Below are positions 61,872-64,000 of a DNA stretch of 64,000 nt, in pieces. A model generated the notes under the pieces. That model searched no databases. It was not told where the DNA came from and was given only the letters and a program-made list of their open reading frames with translations. How positions within the stretch are numbered: position 1 is the first letter of the stretch; each line of letters starts with the position of its first letter. The DNA is taken from NCBI GenBank assembly GCA_963707985.1, contig CAVPRW010000046.1:32001-96000 (forward strand), read 5' to 3'. The position numbers and the translations under genes were made by a program. Source of the stretch: an uncultured Nitrospinota bacterium (GTDB lineage: Bacteria > Tectomicrobia > Entotheonellia > J063 > CAVPRW01).

Positions 61872-62504
61872 ATGGCGATAGCTATAAGTCCGCCGGAGCA
61901 ACGCATTCTCCTTGACAACATCACGTGGGAGACGTACGAGAGCCTGCTCCAAGCCCACTGTGATCGTAGCATACCGCGCTTTACCTACGACCGGGGGCAA
62001 CTGGAAATTATGAGTCCGTCCATCGAACACGAGGAGCTGAAAGACACTGTGACGCTCTTGGTCAATACACTGGCGGAAGAGATGGGCATCAATACCCGAA
62101 GTTTTGGGTCAGCCACCTTCCGGCGCGCAGACTTGCAGCGTGGTTTTGAGCCGGACGGATGCTTTTACGTGCAGTCGGTGACGCGTATTCAAGGGAGAAC
62201 TGAGCTTGATCTCACAGTTGATCCACCCCCAGACCTAGTCATTGAGATTGATCTGACGAGTCCATCCCTGCCCAAGTTCCCCATCTTCGCGCAACTTGGT
62301 GTGCCAGAGGTGTGGCGTGCTGATGGCAGTCAGATGCATATTTTCTGCCTCGAAGGCGGCCAGTATGTCGCACACGCAGAAAGCTCGATCCTCATAGGCA
62401 TCACGGCTGAAGTCATCACACGCTTTGTGCGCGAGAGTTCCACGCTCGATCGACTCACATGGTTACACCGTGTGCGCGCGTGGGTCCAACAACGAGAGAC
62501 GTAG
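61872..62504 (+). CDS. Uma2 (DUF820) family endonuclease-fold protein
   Basis: ITWETYE, TYDRGQLEIMSP..EHE, EPDGCFY, PPDLVIEID, LGVPEVWR. Confidence 0.93.
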   Translation: MAIAISPPEQRILLDNITWETYESLLQAHCDRSIPRFTYDRGQLEIMSPSIEHEELKDTVTLLVNTLAEEMGINTRSFGSATFRRADLQRGFEPDGCFYVQSVTRIQGRTELDLTVDPPPDLVIEIDLTSPSLPKFPIFAQLGVPEVWRADGSQMHIFCLEGGQYVAHAESSILIGITAEVITRFVRESSTLDRLTWLHRVRAWVQQRET

Positions 62505-62615
62505 AAGCAATCGGGCTCGGACTCGAATGTCTACGACTGCGCCCTTGGCGTCAAGGATGCGTGTTCAGATCGAAGAAAAGGGTGTCAGCCACCTTTGATT
62601 GAGGTCTGAAAATTT

Positions 62616-62644
62616 GAAAATTGGGGTCAGACTCGCGAATTTTC
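62616..62644 (+). repeat. RAYT-associated REP-like repeat, copy 3
   Basis: GAAAATTGGGGTCAGACTCGCGAATTTTC. Confidence 0.75.
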
Positions 62645-62668
62645 TCAATCGTAGTGGGCAACACGACC

Positions 62669-62707
62669 TGACATCCACGCCATACGGGAGCGCCACGGGC
62701 GCGGGGC
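62669..62707 (+). repeat. 39-bp direct repeat, right copy
   Basis: TGACATCCACGCCATACGGGAGCGCCACGGGCGCGGGGC. Confidence 0.85.
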
Positions 62708-62750
62708 AGCATGCCGTGCCGCATGGCGGCCAGATGCGCCTGAGCGATGC

Positions 62751-63923
62751 TCAGCATGACGCGAGCACGCGGCAAAAGCGCGCGATTTCCTCCTCGGTGT
62801 TGTAATAATGCACCGATGCCCGCACCAGGTCGGGCAGCCCGCGCGCCTCCATGTCGAGACGGGTCGAGGACACGCGGGACACCGAGACATTGATGTGGGC
62901 CTGTGCCAGCCGACGCTGGATGTCGTCCGCCTCGCGCCCCGCGACCGTGAAGGACACGAGGCCGCAGCGTTCGACCCCCGTGTCCCGGACGGTCACGCCG
63001 GCGATCCGGCTCAGCTGCCGGCGCAGGTCGTCGGCCAGGGATGTGACCCGTGCCCCAATGGCCTCGATCCCCCACTGCAAGGCATACTCGATGGCGACCC
63101 CGAGGCCGATTTTGCCCGCGTAGTAGGTTTCCCAATTCTCAAACCGGCGGGCGTCCGGCCGCATCTCAAAGCGCTCGGGGGTGACCCACTGCGCCGCATG
63201 TAAATCCAGAAACGGCGGCTCCAGCTGCTCGAGTCTCGCGCGCCGGACATATAACAACCCTGTCCCCCGAGGGCCACGCAGATATTTGCGCCCGGTGGCC
63301 GAGAGCAGATCGCACCCAAGGGTCTCGACATCGAGGGGTAGTTGCCCGATCGATTGGCAGGCATCCAACAGATACCACACCCCCGCTTCGCGCGCCACCT
63401 GCCCCACCGCCGCGGCGGGATTGACCAGGCCGCCGTTGGTCGGGACATGGGTGATGGCGATCAGTTTGACGCGAGGGTCGATGGCCTGGCGCAACGCCTC
63501 AATGGAGAGCTGGCCCGAGGCCTCGTTGGGAATGACCTCCACCACGGCGCCCGTCTGGCGCGCCCTCTGCAAGAAGGCGATGAAATTGCTGGCATATTCC
63601 GCTACGGCGGTGAGAATGCGATCGCCTGGTCCCAGGGGGATGGCATAAAAGGCCATATCCCAGGCCCGTGTGGCATTTTCGACGACGGCGATCTCCTCGC
63701 GCTGGCAGTGTAATAATCGGGCAGCGGCATCGTAGACCTGGTCCACGGCCTCGTGGGCCTGCGCTGCCGCCTCATAGCCGCCGATCAGCGCTTCCAATTG
63801 CAGATGGCCGATGGTGGCGTGCAGCACCGCTTGCGGCATCAGCGCGGCTCCGGCATTGTTGAAATGCAGGACGTTCCCACATCCAGGTGTCTCCCGACGG
63901 GCTCGCTGCACGTCGATAGCCAT
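62751..63923 (-). CDS. Aminotransferase class V PLP enzyme (cysteine desulfurase / C-S lyase-like)
   Basis: HFNNAGA, ENATRAW, THVPTNGG, DACQSIGQ, ATGRKYLRGPRG, RASVHYYNT. Confidence 0.93.
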   Translation of the reverse strand: MAIDVQRARRETPGCGNVLHFNNAGAALMPQAVLHATIGHLQLEALIGGYEAAAQAHEAVDQVYDAAARLLHCQREEIAVVENATRAWDMAFYAIPLGPGDRILTAVAEYASNFIAFLQRARQTGAVVEVIPNEASGQLSIEALRQAIDPRVKLIAITHVPTNGGLVNPAAAVGQVAREAGVWYLLDACQSIGQLPLDVETLGCDLLSATGRKYLRGPRGTGLLYVRRARLEQLEPPFLDLHAAQWVTPERFEMRPDARRFENWETYYAGKIGLGVAIEYALQWGIEAIGARVTSLADDLRRQLSRIAGVTVRDTGVERCGLVSFTVAGREADDIQRRLAQAHINVSVSRVSSTRLDMEARGLPDLVRASVHYYNTEEEIARFCRVLASC

Positions 63924-64000
63924 GATCTTGCCCTTTCATCGATGCATCATCACGTATCGCATTATTGGACGTGTGTCCGACTGTCGCTTATCGCAAGACC

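Noticed and set aside
1..64000. rRNA, tRNA or reverse transcriptase genes
   Set aside because: None recognised by eye; tRNAscan-SE, Infernal and an RT HMM would be needed to exclude them formally.

Overview
GC-rich bacterial window. Gene content and IS style suggest Candidatus Tectomicrobia/Entotheonella or a similar lineage; this is an inference only. The main feature is a near-complete extracellular contractile injection system (eCIS; Afp/PVC-like) operon at 4632-28294. It contains an AAA+ ATPase, a YkgJ-type Cys-cluster protein, a DUF4157 protein with an unrecognised C-terminal domain plus a possible immunity gene, a DUF4255 cap, two sheaths, two tubes, a tail-assembly chaperone, LysM baseplate, split VgrG, PAAR, gp25, two baseplate-J proteins, a gpI-like protein and a repeat-containing tail fibre. 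The chaperone appears joined to a start-less DUF6760 ORF by a G GGG GGG -1 frameshift site. Positions 28.3-40.2 kb are a decayed accessory region: IS110, IS6, rve-type, IS4-like, ISL3 and IS1182 remnants, a PIN/Phd TA pair, DUF29, a DndA-like fragment and a broken nuclease-like gene. Next come a DUF3142 gene pair and a metabolic block carrying REP-like palindromes. A TIR/AAA_35-NACHT-FGE module follows, whose 3' end looks like a diversity-generating retroelement (DGR) variable region with a downstream hairpin. The window ends with an IS701-disrupted HNH gene, housekeeping-type genes, and a 2.7-kb islet bounded by 39-bp direct repeats. In that islet three GGTCAGACT repeats separate hicBA, a RAYT transposase and Uma2. 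No rRNA, tRNA or CRISPR array was seen. Family names come from motif recognition by eye, not database searches. Several frameshifts could be assembly errors.
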